A stretch of DNA of 55,949 nt, taken from assembly GCA_023264495.1 (NCBI GenBank), contig JAHFMM010000001.1:1-55949 (forward strand). Direction: 5' to 3'. Origin of the DNA: a bacterium (GTDB lineage Bacteria; Patescibacteriota; Minisyncoccia; Phycocordibacterales; Phycocordibacteraceae). Made by a program: the position numbers and the translations under genes. The notes beneath the pieces are model-generated. The model made no database searches, was not told the origin of the DNA, and saw only the letters and a program-made list of their open reading frames with translations. Below are positions 55,631 to 55,949 of this stretch, piece by piece. Position 1 is the stretch's first letter; the number at the start of each line of letters is the position of its first letter.

Positions 55631-55949
55631 ATGGCGTTCCTCGATTTCCTATTTCAGAAGAAGGCGCAAAGCGTTCTGGGCGTTGACATCGGCTCATCGT
55701 CTCTCAAGGTCGTGCAGCTCCGCCGCGAGCGCGGGCAGGCAGTGCTTGAGACGTATGGCGAGCTCGCGCTCGGCCCTTATGGCGGATCGGAGGTTGGCCA
55801 GGCGACCAATCTCTCGGCTGAGCAGGTAACCGAGACGCTCACTGACCTCCTGCGCGAGGCGAAGGTGACGACAACGCAGTGCGGTGTCTCGATACCGTTT
55901 GCCCGATCGCTGCTTGCTCTCGTGAAGCTTCCCTATCGCAAGGACACGA
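55631..55949 (+). CDS. pilM: type IV pilus assembly protein PilM, N-terminal part (runs off the window)
   Basis: My own translation from ATG 55631: MAFLDFLFQKKAQSVLGVDIGSSSLKVVQLRRERGQAVLETYGE... Not in the ORF track because there is no stop in the window. Confidence 0.8.
   Translation, partial: MAFLDFLFQKKAQSVLGVDIGSSSLKVVQLRRERGQAVLETYGELALGPYGGSEVGQATNLSAEQVTETLTDLLREAKVTTTQCGVSIPFARSLLALVKLPYRKDT

Overview
The window reads as a chromosomal segment of a small-genome bacterium. It looks GC-rich by eye (not computed). Several traits resemble Candidate Phyla Radiation/Patescibacteria: no L30 between S5 and L15, divergent EF-Tu, extended ribosomal proteins, an orphan membrane-anchored substrate-binding protein, comF/pilM and a giant surface protein. 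That lineage assignment is an inference. Positions 1-20.7 kb hold the str-S10-spc ribosomal supercluster (rpsL, rpsG, fusA, tuf, rpsJ through rplO, then secY, adk, map). It is interrupted four times by accessory DNA: an antisense small ORF, a RelE-type toxin-antitoxin (TA) pair, a dapD-like gene with a DUF3298-like gene, and a small ORF with a Shine-Dalgarno (SD) site. Downstream lie:
- ndk, a PcfJ-like protein with a decayed copy of its own 3' end, and a beta-CASP hydrolase
- infC-rpmI-rplT
- a divergent PLD-nuclease/exonuclease pair
- DedA, VKOR and beta-helix membrane proteins
- two HhH-GPD glycosylases that lack Fe-S ligands
- an MFS transporter, RNase J, a substrate-binding protein (SBP), secG, an HD-GYP-like protein and groESL
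- a MacAB-like efflux set
- two TA cassettes bounded by an 80-nt double-hairpin repeat
- a 1730-aa glycine-rich/FN3-repeat surface protein
- tRNA-Ser(GCU), comF and the start of pilM

There are five TA modules in total. A recurring feature at sequence level is a -10 box (often extended, TGnTAnnnT) placed 6-8 nt before the ATG, which implies leaderless mRNAs, including at divergent gene pairs that share overlapping -10 boxes. I recognised no rRNA, CRISPR array, transposase or integrase. No single locus is clearly a new system. The best candidates are the repeat-bounded TA cassettes next to the giant gene, the dapD-like insertion in the S10 operon, the PcfJ-like/beta-CASP locus and the AT-rich orphan gene pair at 33.5-34.4 kb.
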